NCBI RefSeq assembly: GCF_001194135.2
Contig: NC_068990.1
Location: 61,252,065 to 61,316,064 of the forward strand
Length of the DNA: 64,000 bases
Direction of reading: 5' to 3'
Source of the DNA: Octopus bimaculoides
Lineage: Eukaryota
Numbering within the stretch: position 1 is the first letter of the stretch; the number at the start of each line of letters is the position of its first letter. A program made the translations under genes and the position numbers. The notes below the pieces were generated by a model, which did not search any database, had not been told where the DNA came from, and worked only from the letters and a program-made list of their open reading frames with translations. Below, one piece after another: positions 1 through 12,700 of the stretch.

Positions 1-400
1 CTTCCCTTAGCTTCGTAATGATTAATTAATTCAATATGGATTGGCATAGCCATGTCTACAAAATACCATGGTCTGGTATTCCCTTTCAGAAAACTGTCAG
101 CTTTAAAACCTTTTAATCACGTAAATTGTTTCGAAACTTCAATCTCAAGAATTAATGCCGAATTATCACATTCCTACCAAACAAGCCATAATTTATGATT
201 TTCGTTTTTACATTCAACATAATCAGGAAGTGTTATCAGTTTCCATGAAAGCATCAAACTTACCAAAATATTCAATGAATGTGCCATCAAACTGTTTTAG
301 TTTGAGATAACACTTTCTTTGTTTTGGTTATATCTAAATTAATCTTCAAGTTCTTAAGATTCTTAAGGTGCCAAAGTTTTCATCTTATTGTAACCTGTTC
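1..400 (-). mobile_element. Decayed LTR-retrotransposon (Gypsy-like) protease-region remnant
   Basis: Minus-strand translation KCYLKLKQFDGTFIEYFGKFDAFMET resembles, from memory, the LKQ(F/Y)DG..I...G.F segment of Gypsy aspartic proteases. Stops and frameshifts surround it. Confidence 0.3.
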
Positions 401-429
401 ACTGACAATTCCACAACTGTTGAAAATTA

Positions 430-640
430 CTTACTCTTTACTCTTTTACTTATTTCAGTCGGTTGACTGAAGCCATGCTGGAGCACCGCCTTTAGTCAAG
501 CAAATCGACCCCAGGACTTATTCTTTGTAAGCCTAGTACTTATTCTATTGGTCTCTTTTTGCCGAACCGCTAAGTTACGGGGACATAAACACACCAGCAT
601 CGGTTGTCAAGCAATGGTGGGGGGACAAACACAGACACAA

Positions 641-683
<43 letters not shown>

Positions 684-850
684 CATACATATATACGACA
701 GGCTTCTTTCAGTTTCCGTCTACCAAATCCACTCACAAGGCTTAGGTCGGCCCGAGGCTATAGTAGAAGACACTTGCCCAAGGTGCCATGCAGTGGGACT
801 GAACCCGGAATCATGTGGTTGGTAAGCAAGCTACTTACCACACTGCCACT
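430..850 (-). mobile_element. SINE family A (tRNA-like head, central AC/TA microsatellite, CR1-like tail)
   Basis: The head reads GTGGTAAGTAGCTTGCT...GGTTCAGTCCCACTG on the minus strand, the core is (CA)n(TA)n, and the tail is GGCGGTGCTCCAGCATGG...GACTGAAA. The same sequence recurs more than 15 times in the window. Confidence 0.9.
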
Positions 851-1656
851 TCAGAAAAGTTTTTAAAATCTTCAGGAGTTTTCTTTAATTTATGGTCTTA
901 TTTAGTTTCATTCTGTCTTTGTGTACCTTTTGAAAATGTGGCTACAGTACAGCTGCTGTTTGACCTCTGTAAGCAACTTTTAGGTTCTATTCTAACATTT
1001 TGTTGCCGTGGTTTATTTTTTTAACTTTTGTAGACATGGTTTGCTATGTTTATCTGCTTAGTTATTCTATTGAAATTAAATTCTTACAAAGCTGATGCAT
1101 TTAAATGTTAAAAAAAAAAAAGAAGAAAGAAACCAAATAATAATTTAGAAATAATACACAAGATAAATCACAGGTGTATGTATGCACACAAATAGAAGGA
1201 ACTGCAGAAAGCGAAATATAAATTTATAGACCAACAGAAGAATTGAAACTAAAAGTATTTATGGTAGCCCATGGCAAAAGGTTAAAACAAGAATGTATAT
1301 GCCCAAATATTCAATGAGAGAGAGAGAGGAGGTACAGAGACAAAGAGAGTTATGAAAAATCTCCAAGAATCATATAAACTTACCTGTAACTAATTTCTAA
1401 CAGATGCAGAAGAACTGTGTCAATGACCAGGTCAAAAATGTGCAATGAAAATTTTAGCATTTCAAGAAATAAACGGAAAGTGAAAGCAAGTGTTGTGTAT
1501 TCTTAACTGGCTAAAGTAGCTCTTTTAGGCCAATTCCATAAACACTTGCAGAAGTTTTCGAAGCCTTCATTTTCCTTGAAATGTTTTGTAAGCTCACACA
1601 CTCCCTGAAAGTGATTCTTTTTTTCTACATTTAGTATGTATTTTTTATACGTGGCT

Positions 1657-2099
1657 ATCATCATCATTATCACCATCATTCAACATCTGTTTACCATGCT
1701 GGCATGGATTGGATGGTTTGACAGGAGCTAGCCAGCTGAAGAGCTGCCCAGGCTCTATGTCTGTTTTGGCATGGTTTCTACAGTTGGATGCACTTCCTAT
1801 TGCCAACCACTTAACAGAGTGTACAGGATGCTTATACACAGTACTGGCATGGGTGCATTTACATAGCATCAGTATGAATGCATTTTATGACATCAGCACC
1901 CACAAGCCTGCAAAATTAAGAAGACTCAGTTGGAGAGGGATACAGGGGACATGCCTGTATGCAAGGACAACCTCGGTTTTACTTAACTCAATGTGTCTTC
2001 TCAAGCACAGCTGCCTGCCAGGAGTCTTGGCGCCCTGTCACCTCCTCTGTGAGGCCCAATGTCTGAAGATCTTTTCTTACCACTTCATCCTATATCTTC
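1657..2099 (-). mobile_element. RTE LINE 3' end (ORF C-terminus, 3' UTR and (GAT)n tail)
   Basis: Minus-strand translation K I*DEVVRKDLQTLGLTEEVTGRQDSWQAAVLEKTH* aligns to [36 protein letters not shown] of the RTE at 33923-34220. It ends in the GAT-repeat tail shared by many copies. Confidence 0.88.
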
Positions 2100-2187
2100 A
2101 AAAATGTGGAACGCTTCATGAATTTGCATGTTGTCCTTGCGCAGGGGCCATGCTAATCTTCTCTGTATCATTCCAGTTTTAATATAT
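2100..2187 (-). pseudogene. U6: U6 snRNA retro-pseudogene (about U6 nt 20 to the 3' end), fused to an RTE fragment
   Basis: The reverse complement reads ATATATTAAAACTGGAATGATACAGAGAAGATTAGCATGGCCCCTGCGCAAGGACAACATGCAAATTCATGAAGCGTTCCACATTTTT, a near match to canonical U6 including the ACAGAGA box. The 5' stem-loop is missing. Confidence 0.95.
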
Positions 2188-2189
2188 AT

Positions 2190-2430
2190 AAAGGTAAAGA
2201 TCCTTCAGTCATGAATGACCATAGGGTTGCACCTAGAAAGTTCCCCTCCAAGGCACAAGTCTAGGCAAGGTTGTTTATGGAAGACCAGCAGCTGCCCATG
2301 CATACGGTCTCCCTTCTCCACACCACCGATGTTATCCAAGGGAAAGGCAAAGGCTGATACAGCCTGGCACCAGTGATGTCACAAATCATTTCTACAGGTG
2401 AGTGAGCTGGAGTAACATGAAATAAAGTAT
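2190..2430 (-). mobile_element. SINE family C, 3' portion
   Basis: Homologous to the more complete copy at 3505-3830 (GGTCATGAATGACCAT...GAAAGTTCCCCTCC...TTATCCAAGGGAAAGG). Confidence 0.8.
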
Positions 2431-2799
2431 CCTGTAGTATATGCACTGCCAATGATAAATCAAATGCATGATACTTTAATGGTGCATGCTTATATCGACA
2501 AAAGCAATATTTAGAATTGGACATATATTTGTTTCTATCGACATGTAATAAACTCAAAAGTCACTCTTACTTCTCCTTTTTTTCATATTTAGCCAATTCT
2601 CTGAAATTTAGAAATCCTTTTAAGCTGCTGAATTAGTTATGATGGAATCAGAAGCAGATAAAGCCATAAATGACAGCATGTAAATAATGAGTTAAAAAAA
2701 AAACCCTTGGATGGTAGACGTCAAAGACTGCCTGAAGGCCTTTGACTTTTACCATCCTAAGGTTTTTTTTTTTTAAAACCCAATATTTACACTATTATT

Positions 2800-3085
2800 T
2801 ATAACTTTATCTGCTTTAAGTTTCATCATTAAAAACAATTTATTTCATGTCTCTCGAAGTTTCTGAATTCTTGCGACATAAACAATATTCATCATTTTCC
2901 ACGTGTTAACCCTTAAAGAAACTTTGTGTACAGCCATTATATTAAAACAAATGCATTATTTGTTTCTTGTCAATTATGTCCAGAAGATTTTTCAATCATG
3001 CTGCAGCAGCGAAGCATCATAACCATTCTTTTGTTATGTCTGGGTCTCTGAATGGAAGTTCACTGCTTTTAACTGGCGGCGCCAT
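2800..3085 (-). mobile_element. Decayed Gypsy-like gag N-terminus remnant
   Basis: ATG at 3085 gives MAPPVKSSELPFRDPDITKEWL*CFAAAA*LKNLLDI, which resembles invertebrate Gypsy gag starts as I recall them. In-frame stops are present. Confidence 0.35.
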
Positions 3086-3504
3086 TGTTATGCTGTGCTA
3101 AGTTTATCCAAGTAAAGCCTGAGTCACATGCGATCTTTTACATTTAGAAGATTTATACAACCGAATAGCCAAGCTCTGACATTGAGCTGATAGCCACCTT
3201 AAATAGTCTAAACATGTAAAACATATGCAATCTTACAATAATATTAGCATAACAATGAAATCACATGCAGTGTTCAAACACAGCCTAATCTACTGAAGCT
3301 ATTATAGTTATGGCTTCTAAAACTTGCAGGTTTAACCCCTCACACACTCTGCTAACTATCCATCCAATAAACCAATAAAAGAAAGTGCTTCTACATGGTT
3401 ATAGAACCTGTTTGAAAATAGCAGCCAAATGTCCTTTAACCATTTAAGCATTCAAATTACTGTCAAAAGTAATGCTTGTTTATGCACATTATTTTGAATT
3501 AAAA

Positions 3505-3830
3505 AACGTAAAGACCCTCTTTGGTCATGAATGACCATGACATTGTACTTAGAAAGTTCCCCTCCGAGGCACAAGTCTGAGTAAAGTTGTTTATGGAAAA
3601 CCAGCAGTCACCCAAGCACATCAGCCTTGTCTCTCTCCACACCATCAATGTTATCCAAAGGAAAGGCTGATACAGTTTGGCATCAGTGACATTGCAACTC
3701 ATTTCTACAGCTGAGTAACATGATATAAAGTGTCTTGCTCAAGAACACAACATACAGCCGGATCTGGGAATCAAACTCACTACTTCATGATTGTCAGCCC
3801 AATGCTCTAACCACTGAGCCATGCACCTTC
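3505..3830 (-). mobile_element. SINE family C (tRNA-derived head)
   Basis: The minus-strand head GGTGCATGGCTCAGTGGTTAGAGCATTGGGC...GAGTTTGATTCCCAG has A-box and B-box-like motifs. Partial copies lie at about 2190, 39420 and 55930. Confidence 0.85.
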
Positions 3831-4099
3831 ACTATTTTGAATTAATCATGTGATATCTTGCAGCTTCAAGGTTTCAAAAATGTGATTGTTTATTTTTACA
3901 ATGACATTGTGGGTATGTGTGAGAGATTGGATGTGGTCAGTTTGAACACAAAGCATAAAAGTGATAGAATATTTGGGATGGGTATGGCCAGTTTAAATAA
4001 GAAAGGATTAAGCCACATCTTAGAGTTAAGAAGCTATAAAAAAAAACAAAAACTGATGAGTCCTTGATACACTATGTCTGAAAAAAAAAAAAATTAGAC

Positions 4100-5103
4100 A
4101 TGACTGTTGCTAAAAAGTTACTTTCCTAACCATATAGTCTTGTATTTAATCCCATTGTATAGCACCTTGGACAAGTGTTTTCCACCATAAGCCCAGGCCA
4201 ACCAAAGCCTTGTGGATTTGTTCACAATGAATTGGCTGGCACAGAGTGATTAGAAGACACTTGCCCAAGGTGATGTGCAATGAGATCGAATCCAAAACCA
4301 TGAGGTTGCAAAGAGGACTTCTTAATCATACAGTTATACCCAATATCTTTATCATTTATGTTCCAGTCATTAGACTGTGGCCATGCTGGGACACCCCTTT
4401 GAGGAATTTTAGCCAAATGAATCAGCTTCTTTTTTTTTAAAGCCTGGTACTTATTCTATCGGTCTCTTTCGCCAAACTGGTAAGTTACATACCAGCACCA
4501 GTTGTCAAACAGTGTGGGGTGACAGTCACAAAGAGACATGCACACATTTTCACTTTCTGTTTATTAAATCAGCTCTCAAGACATTGGTTGGCCTGAGGCT
4601 ATAGCAGAAGACACTTGCCCAAGGTGCCACACAGGGACTGAACCTGAAACGATGTGGTTGGGAAGCAAATTGCATGCCACACAGGTGTAGTTATGTGGTA
4701 AGAAGCCTACTTCCCAACCACATGGTTCCGAGTTCAGTCCCACTGTGTGGCACCTTGAGCAAGTATCTCTACTATAGACTCAGGTTGGCCAAAGCCTTGT
4801 GAGGGATTTGGTAGATGGAAACTGAAAAAAGCTTGTGTGTGTATATATACATATACATACATACATACATATTTGTGTGTATGTGTGTGTCTATACGTAT
4901 GTCTTTGTGTCTGTCCCCTCCTTCACAATCGGTGTTGGTGTGTTTATGTCCCCTATAACTTAGCAGCCTGGCAAAAGAGACCAATAGAATAAGTACCGGG
5001 CTTATAAAAAATAAATCTTGGGGGTCGATTTGTTCAACTAAAAAAACCTTTGAAGGTAATGTTCCAGCATGGCCGCAGTCAAATGACTGAAACAAAGAAA
5101 AGA

Positions 5104-5143
<40 letters not shown>

Positions 5144-5850
5144 TCTCTTACTTGTTTCAGTCATTTGACTGCAGCCATGCTGAAGCACTGCCTTTAGTTG
5201 AGAAAATCGACCCCAGGACTTATTCTTTGTAAGCCTCGTACTTATTCTATCGGTCTCTTTTTGCCGAACCGCTAATTTACGGGAACGTAAACACACCAGC
5301 ATCGGTTGTCAAGCGATGGTGGGGGGACAAACACAGACACACAAACACACACATATATATATATACATATACATATATACGACAGGCTTCTTTCAGTTTC
5401 CGTCTACCAAATCCACTCACAAGGCTTTGGTCGGCCCGAGGCTATAGTAGAAGACACTTGCCCAAGGTNNNNNNNNNNATTTGACTGCAGCCATGCTGAA
5501 GCACTGCCTTTAGTTGAGAAAATCGACCCCAGGACTTATTCTTTGTAAGCCTCGTACTTATTCTATCGGTCTCTTTTTGCCGAACCGCTAATTTACGGGA
5601 ACGTAAACACACCAGCATCGGTTGTCAAGCGATGGTGGGGGGACAAACACAGACACACAAACACACACATATATATATATACATATACATATATACGACA
5701 GGCTTCTTTCAGTTTCCGTCTACCAAATCCACTCACAAGGCTTTGGTCGGCCCGAGGCTATAGTAGAAGACACTTGCCCAAGGTGCCACGCAGTGGGACT
5801 GAACCTGGAACCATGTAGTTGGTAAGCAAGCTACTTACCACACAACCAAT
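4100..5850. mobile_element. Cluster of at least five SINE family A copies in alternating orientation
   Basis: Copies at ~4326-4683 (-), ~4684-5105 (+), ~5143-5468 (-) and ~5479-5848 (-), plus head fragments at 4110-4330. Confidence 0.85.
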
Positions 5851-6261
5851 ATATACATATATATATATATATAAAATGTAGAATGTTACTTTCGATATGT
5901 CATATACATCATCATTGAACCTTTAACACAGAAAGGCAAGTTAGCAGATTATATGGACAAAGGAGATGATACAGCTCTCTTAACGATGCAGCAAGAATAC
6001 AGACACACATCATTAGCACTATCACAATAACAAAACTGGATGTCCCGATTTCAGATTCCAGACAATAAATTCTGTTTCTTTAATTGCAGTTAGGCCCCTT
6101 GTATAGGTTAGCGAAAAAAAAAGAAAAAAAAAAGCGAGATATTTTATACCATAATGGTGAATAAGAAGTGTCAATGAAACCACTGATGATAAATAATGTA
6201 GTAAAATGTTTCCTCTTTATCATTAGCAGAAAGAAACTGACTTTGAAAGTATAGGAGGCTA

Positions 6262-6426
6262 TCACAGCCATATGCAGAACAACGCAGTAATCAATACTGA
6301 AGAGGGGGGGGGGAGAACAAAAACAAAAAAACAATTAGGATTCCATTAGAGAGCTAACTCAGCTGATAATGTTTTAGTTTTCTTTTTTTCTTTTCCTACT
6401 ATAACATACTGAACTAAGAGAAGCAT

Positions 6427-6471
<45 letters not shown>

Positions 6472-7979
6472 NNNNNNNNNNNNNNNNNNNNNNNNNNNNN
6501 NNNNNNNNNNNNNNNAAGAAAAGTGATTTACAACAGTGAGAGAATAAAAATAAAAAAAAGGATTATTTATAACAACAACAACAACAACAATAGCAGCAAA
6601 CAAGAAAATAAAAAAAAACAGAAACCACAACAAAAATTCAATCTTACCACCAGTGATGACCTTGATAAATATTTTTATCAAATTAAATAGGAAGAACTTT
6701 ACATTTTGAGAATCAGTCAATCCATTGAGAAAGAACCTGAACAGAAAACGAGTTGCAAGTAGCTGTCTCGACTAGTTATCATTAGAAGGAGAGTTGTATT
6801 GTATAGCACATTACCTACAGGTGAGGTTTCTGTGGAATCGTTAGAACAGCGGGTTCTCAACCAGGGTCCAAAGATTTTAGTGTTGGAATTTATGTGCAAT
6901 AATTTGGTTATATTTCTATGATCCGCAAAATATTTTAACAATTTTTGTTTTTATACACTTCCTACTATTTAATTATAAAAATGTGAGATTTTTTAAACAT
7001 CAAATGTCTATGGGGATCCAGTAGAGTAAAATAGGATTCAAAGGGGTCCACAGGTAAAAAAAAAGGGGCGAAGAACCACTGTATTAGGGCTTTGGAAAAA
7101 CAGCCGAGTAGCAACATTTATTCCATTTCTTTATGTTCTGAGTTCAAATCATGCCAGGTTTAACTTTATCATTTTACTGGAAGGTGCAGGGGTCAATAAA
7201 ATAAAGAACCAATCAAGTACTAAGGTCAATGGAACTGATTAACCTTCTCAAAATTCCTCTCAATCCCCTCAAAATAATATCAGGCATTACAGAAATGATT
7301 ATAGAGGGAAGTGGATTGCCAAAACCACTAAAGGGTCAGGTATCATGCCATGCAAATATTTGTTCCATCGCTTTATGTTCTGAGTTCAACCTTGGCTTTT
7401 GTCTCTCTGGTGTTGATAAGATCAAGTACCTGTCAAATACTGGGGCTGATGGTATCAACTAATTCCCTCCCCACAAAACTGCTGGCTGCATACCTGAAAT
7501 TACTAGCACACAGGATGAAGCATTTTTTCTCAGCTCTTAAAGTTCTGAGATAAATTAGGTACCAGTTATGCACCACAGTCAATGTAATCAATTGGTCTCC
7601 TCCTGCAAAATTTCAGGACTTGTGTCTATAACAGAAAGGACTGTTGTTGTTGTTATTATTATTGTAGAATAAAGTAAGAGAATAAATAATGGACTGATTT
7701 GTGCATATCAAGAAAAGACATACACACATATGTATGTGTATTTAGGGCTCAAGGCATTTAGATTATATGCATATACATATATATGCATATACATATATAT
7801 ATGTACATATATATATGTAGGTGTGGTTGTGTAAGAAGCTAGTTTTCCAACCACATGGTTCCAGGTTCAATCCTATTGCATGGAACCTTGGGCAAGTGTC
7901 TTCTTCTATAGCCTCGGGTTGACCAAAGCTTTGGGTGGATTTGGAAGACTATAACTGAAAGAAGCCTGTTGCATATGTA

Positions 7980-8018
<39 letters not shown>

Positions 8019-9691
8019 ATGTGTCTTTGTTCCCATGTCACCGCTTGACAAGTGGTGTTGATGTGTTTACACCCCTGTTCGACTAAAGAGACTGATAGAA
8101 TAAGAACTAGGCTTAAAAAATAAGTCCTGGGGTCAATTCATTCAACTGAAAACATTTCAAGATGGCACTCCAGCATGGTCACAGTCAAATGACTGAAACA
8201 AATAAAAGAGTGTGCGTGTGTGTGTGTATCAAATTAATATAAACAGCTGGGTGCAATATAATACCATAACGAAAAACTCAATCATCACTAAACATAACTA
8301 AGGGTGCTGAGACACTTACATTGCTAGAAACAGGAGTAAAATACTCCTTGTGCTGTAGGAAGAGCGCAAATGTATATACATATGCTGACAGGGGAAGAAA
8401 CCTCCCCACGACCGAATTGAGTACACACACACACACATGTGTGCATATGTTATATATATATATATATATATATGTATGAGTATGTAACAAAATATGCACA
8501 TACATATAATAAACAGACACACAGATGCTGATTATTTGAAGCATGCCTATCCAAAGAACACAAACTGCATTTTGTAGTGGCACAGTTCCCAACATTCCTT
8601 GATCTAGCTAGCTGAGTAACAGGTACCAAAAACTACTAGACAACACAGTGGTTAGCATTAGGAAATAGCAGCAAATCAGAGAATATTAGCTCACATTATT
8701 CATGCAAATATTCAGATTGCTATTTAGTTTACTGACATGAAAAGAATATTTGTAATCAATGCTGGCAAGTATCAAATAAATAAGACAATTGGCTTTATAA
8801 TGAATATATTCAGTTGGAAACTACCATTTTGGTTACATATATTATGACATAGGTCAGCTTCAGCTGTAAATTTTGAAACATATATTTACATAAGGAGCTT
8901 TTCAGTTGAGTATCTACCATTTCATAATGAATCAAATAGCACAGTATCTGCTGCTGCACTGCATAAAATATATTTTGGACCTTTTCCCTCTCGATGCTAA
9001 CTACATCCTACTAACACATATATGTTTACTTCCTACTAACACACATAGTTTATAACACACACACAAGTAGGTAAGATACAGCAGCAGGAACAGTAGCCTG
9101 CTATGCTGGCATGGAACGGAAAATTTTTCTGAGGCAGTGTTTTATAGCCAGATGCCGTTCTTGTAATCAACTGCCTAGTCACCTTCTATAACATGCTGGG
9201 CTATAGCATATCAGTTCTAAAACCGAGACATAAATGGTAACAGTCTATAAGGCAGTGAACTGGCAGAATTGTTAGCATGCCAGGAAAAATGCTTAGTGGC
9301 ATTTTGTTTATCTCTGTTCTCAGTTCAAACTCTGTCAAGGTCAACTTAGCCTTTCATCCTTTTGGATTCAATAAATTAAATACCAGTAGAGAACTGGGGG
9401 TCGATATAATTGATTTACCCCTTCCCCTGCAGTTACTGGTCTTGTACCAAAATTTGGAACCTATATTGCTTATAAAGATGGTCTTTTACTTGTTTCACTC
9501 ATTTCACTGTGGCACTGCCTTAAAGAGATTTTTAGTCGAAGAAATTGACCCAGAACTTATTTTTTGTAAACTTCATACTTATTCAAGCAGTCTCTTTTGC
9601 CAAACTGCTAAGTTACAGGGACGTAAACACACCAACATCAGTTACAAAGCAATGGTGGGGAACAAACACAGACACAAAGACACTCACATAA

Positions 9692-9727
<36 letters not shown>

Positions 9728-12700
9728 GACAGGCTTCTTTCAGTCTCTGTCTACCAAATCCACTCAAGGCTTTGGTTGGCCCGAAGCTATAGTAGAAGAT
9801 ACTTGCCCAAGGTGCCATGCAGTGGGACTGATCCCATGCAGTTGGGAAGCAAGCTTCTGACCACACAGCCACGCCTAAACAAAAATTTAAATAGGCATTA
9901 TTGACATGACCAGATCGACAAAGGTGGCTACACATTAAAATAAAATGAAAATACAGACTATAATAACAAGAGTATTTGATAATGCAAACTAATGAATGTC
10001 TTCTAACAAATATGAGATAGAAGTATTGTAAAATTATTTCTCAAGAATTAATTACCTTGCACTGTAAAGTGAAAAAAATTAACTGAACTCCAAATACCAC
10101 GGGCTATTAAGAAATGATGAGCAAAACAAAAATAAATAAGTAATAACCAAATGCAGATTCACAACAACTAAGAGAGAAAAAATTAAGACAAAACAAAAGA
10201 AATTTCTGAAGAAGCAATGAAAGCTGCAATGCTCAAATGAATATTAGCAGTAATAAATTTGTAAGACAATCTAGGATATACTCTGCTTGAAGAAGCATGG
10301 AAAATGCAGGGTTAGAAAGCAAAAAGAGATGGAGAAAGCGAGAGAAAGGAGTGGACAAGGAAGAAATGGGGGGAGAAAAAAAAAGAATCAATTCTGCTGG
10401 AAGACATCAGGATTGATAGACATTAGAAAAGTAGGTCACATTGTTTATCTGCAAGCCAGCATTTGTGAAGAAGTGAGAGGAAATAGAATACAGCAGAGAT
10501 TAAATACCAAATTAATAATACAAGTATATATATATATATATATNNNNNNNNNNNNNNNNNNNNNNNNNNNNNNNNNNNNNNNNNNNNNNATATATATTAT
10601 ACAATGCAAAAAAAAAAAAAACAGAACATCATTAGTTCAGAAAGGTCAATTTTTCTGCACAAATGGGGTTTCATTTCATGTTTTTAAAGTGCAATTACAT
10701 TTGTAGGTCAATTAATATATATATGTGTATACATACATATATATATCACCATTGGTATTTTATGTACACATTCTATGCTGGCATGAATTGGATAAGTCAT
10801 TTATTTCAGTTAGTTTTAAATCAGAGTAACTGAACCCTGAGACAGGATGAGAGACATCTGCATTTTATTTTTGATAGGATAGAGTCTGCAGCTAAATACT
10901 GTCCTTAACACCAATCACTTTAGTGAGAGTGTTGGGTACATTTTATTGGCATCCAGAATTGTCATGTCTTCAATAGGACAAAAAAAAAAAAAAGGGACCC
11001 TCTTGCTCCTACACTTCTGCTGGTTCACTGACACCCTACAGAGCATACAGGGTGCATTTTATTGTGACACCAGCATTAGTGAGGTTGCCTTGTTCAATAC
11101 CGAAAAAACCCCAAAAAAGGCGACCCTAAAATGAAACAAAATAAACAAAAAACTCTTACTACTCTAAATTGTCTCCATTCACCGAAGGCAATGTGACCAT
11201 AAGAAGGGTACATGAGAAGGAGATTACAGAATATTAGGGTGACAGAGAGAAAGAAGCCAGAGTATGATGAGGAAACAAGATAAATAGGGTGACAGGGTGG
11301 AAGAAAACAAGCAAGGTGTAATAGAAGAGAAACAGTAATGGCAAAGGGTAATGGGAGATACACTATGGCTGCTACTTGTTTGGGTGAGAGAGAGAGAGAG
11401 AGAGACACACACACACACACACACACACATAGTTGTGGAAATGGGTGGATGACAAGATGTCAATAAAGAGGCACAAGTGAGAGGGGAAATGGTGACAGGC
11501 AGTCTAGAAGGGTGATGTTAATTGGTAAGAGAAAGCAGGAGAGTGACAAGAGAGTGATGAATGGCAATAGAGGAGAGATCTGAGGGAGAAGGAGTGATGG
11601 CTAGCAGTAAAAGAAGGTAAATGCAAGGTGTATCAGATCGCAGCAGATTCTATGCAACCCCTCGTTACTCAGGTATCGTAATGGGAGATGGAGGTGCAGA
11701 GATAAAAATGATAATGGTGGGATTGAGTATGGAAATATCTAATTCATAAGTTTATCTCTACTGAAAGTTACAATGTGGGTCGGATGTGGGTGCTGATGAA
11801 AGAGCAATAACACTTGAAATATGCATAAACACCCATTACTTATTATTTTTATTTTGTGTGTGTGTGTGTGTGTGTGTCTGTGATTGCATTGTTTACATAA
11901 ACATATTTGTATATTTGGTGCTAGCTCTGAATTCTATAAAAAAAAAAATCTGTAGAAATAAACTTAAAAGTGAGAACATTGCACTGCTAACACAAAAAGT
12001 AAAGCTTTAATATACTTGGTAGCAAAGCGAAATACCGTGCCCTTGCTAGCAATTAATATTTAGGAAATATCTAAATATTTTCAATTTTTACATGGCTGGC
12101 ATAGCTAACTGAATAGGAGAGGGAGAGATGAGATGGTATATCAAATAGATAAGGGTAACAAGTAGAAGATTAGCAAGTGAAAAATGGACAATAGGTTTAG
12201 GTGAAAATACATATAATATATCCCAATTATTATTATTCTTATTTGAATGCCTATTTCATCATGCTTGCACAGGTGGCTGGGTCTATTCTAGTACTGTCAT
12301 AGTCATTTGCAATCACCTTCATACCATGCAACAACATGAATCAGTGTGTGTTTGTAGAAACACATACAGACATTGATGTCCTTCCTAATGCCAACCACTC
12401 CAAGAGTGTAATGGATGCTTTTATGTGCCACCGGCACATGTGCCATTAATGTGAAACTAGTATTTTCCACATCTACGATTTCACTTGGCTTGATGGGTCT
12501 TCTCAAGCATGGCATGATGTCAAATATCTCGGTCATCTGTCATTGCCTCCATGATGTGCAACACTCAAAAGGTACCTAACTTTCCAATTATTGTACAAGA
12601 CAGGCAAGTCTTTATAAAGAGTATAACAATATCATTGCATTTTTAAAATTCTTTTACTTGTTTTAGTCATTTGACTGTGGCCATACTGGAGCACCGCCTT

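Noticed and set aside
1384-1604. Exon-like segment with CAG acceptor and GTAAGT donor
   Set aside because: All three frames are closed, and it lies within the putative Gypsy relic.
3760-3830. tRNA-like sequences (also at 23190-23253 and 56525-56590)
   Set aside because: They are SINE heads continuous with SINE bodies, not tRNA genes.
5143-5850. Apparent tandem duplication of a SINE across an 11-N gap
   Set aside because: Identical sequence on both sides of a tiny gap points to an unmerged contig overlap. The same pattern appears at 20130-20290.
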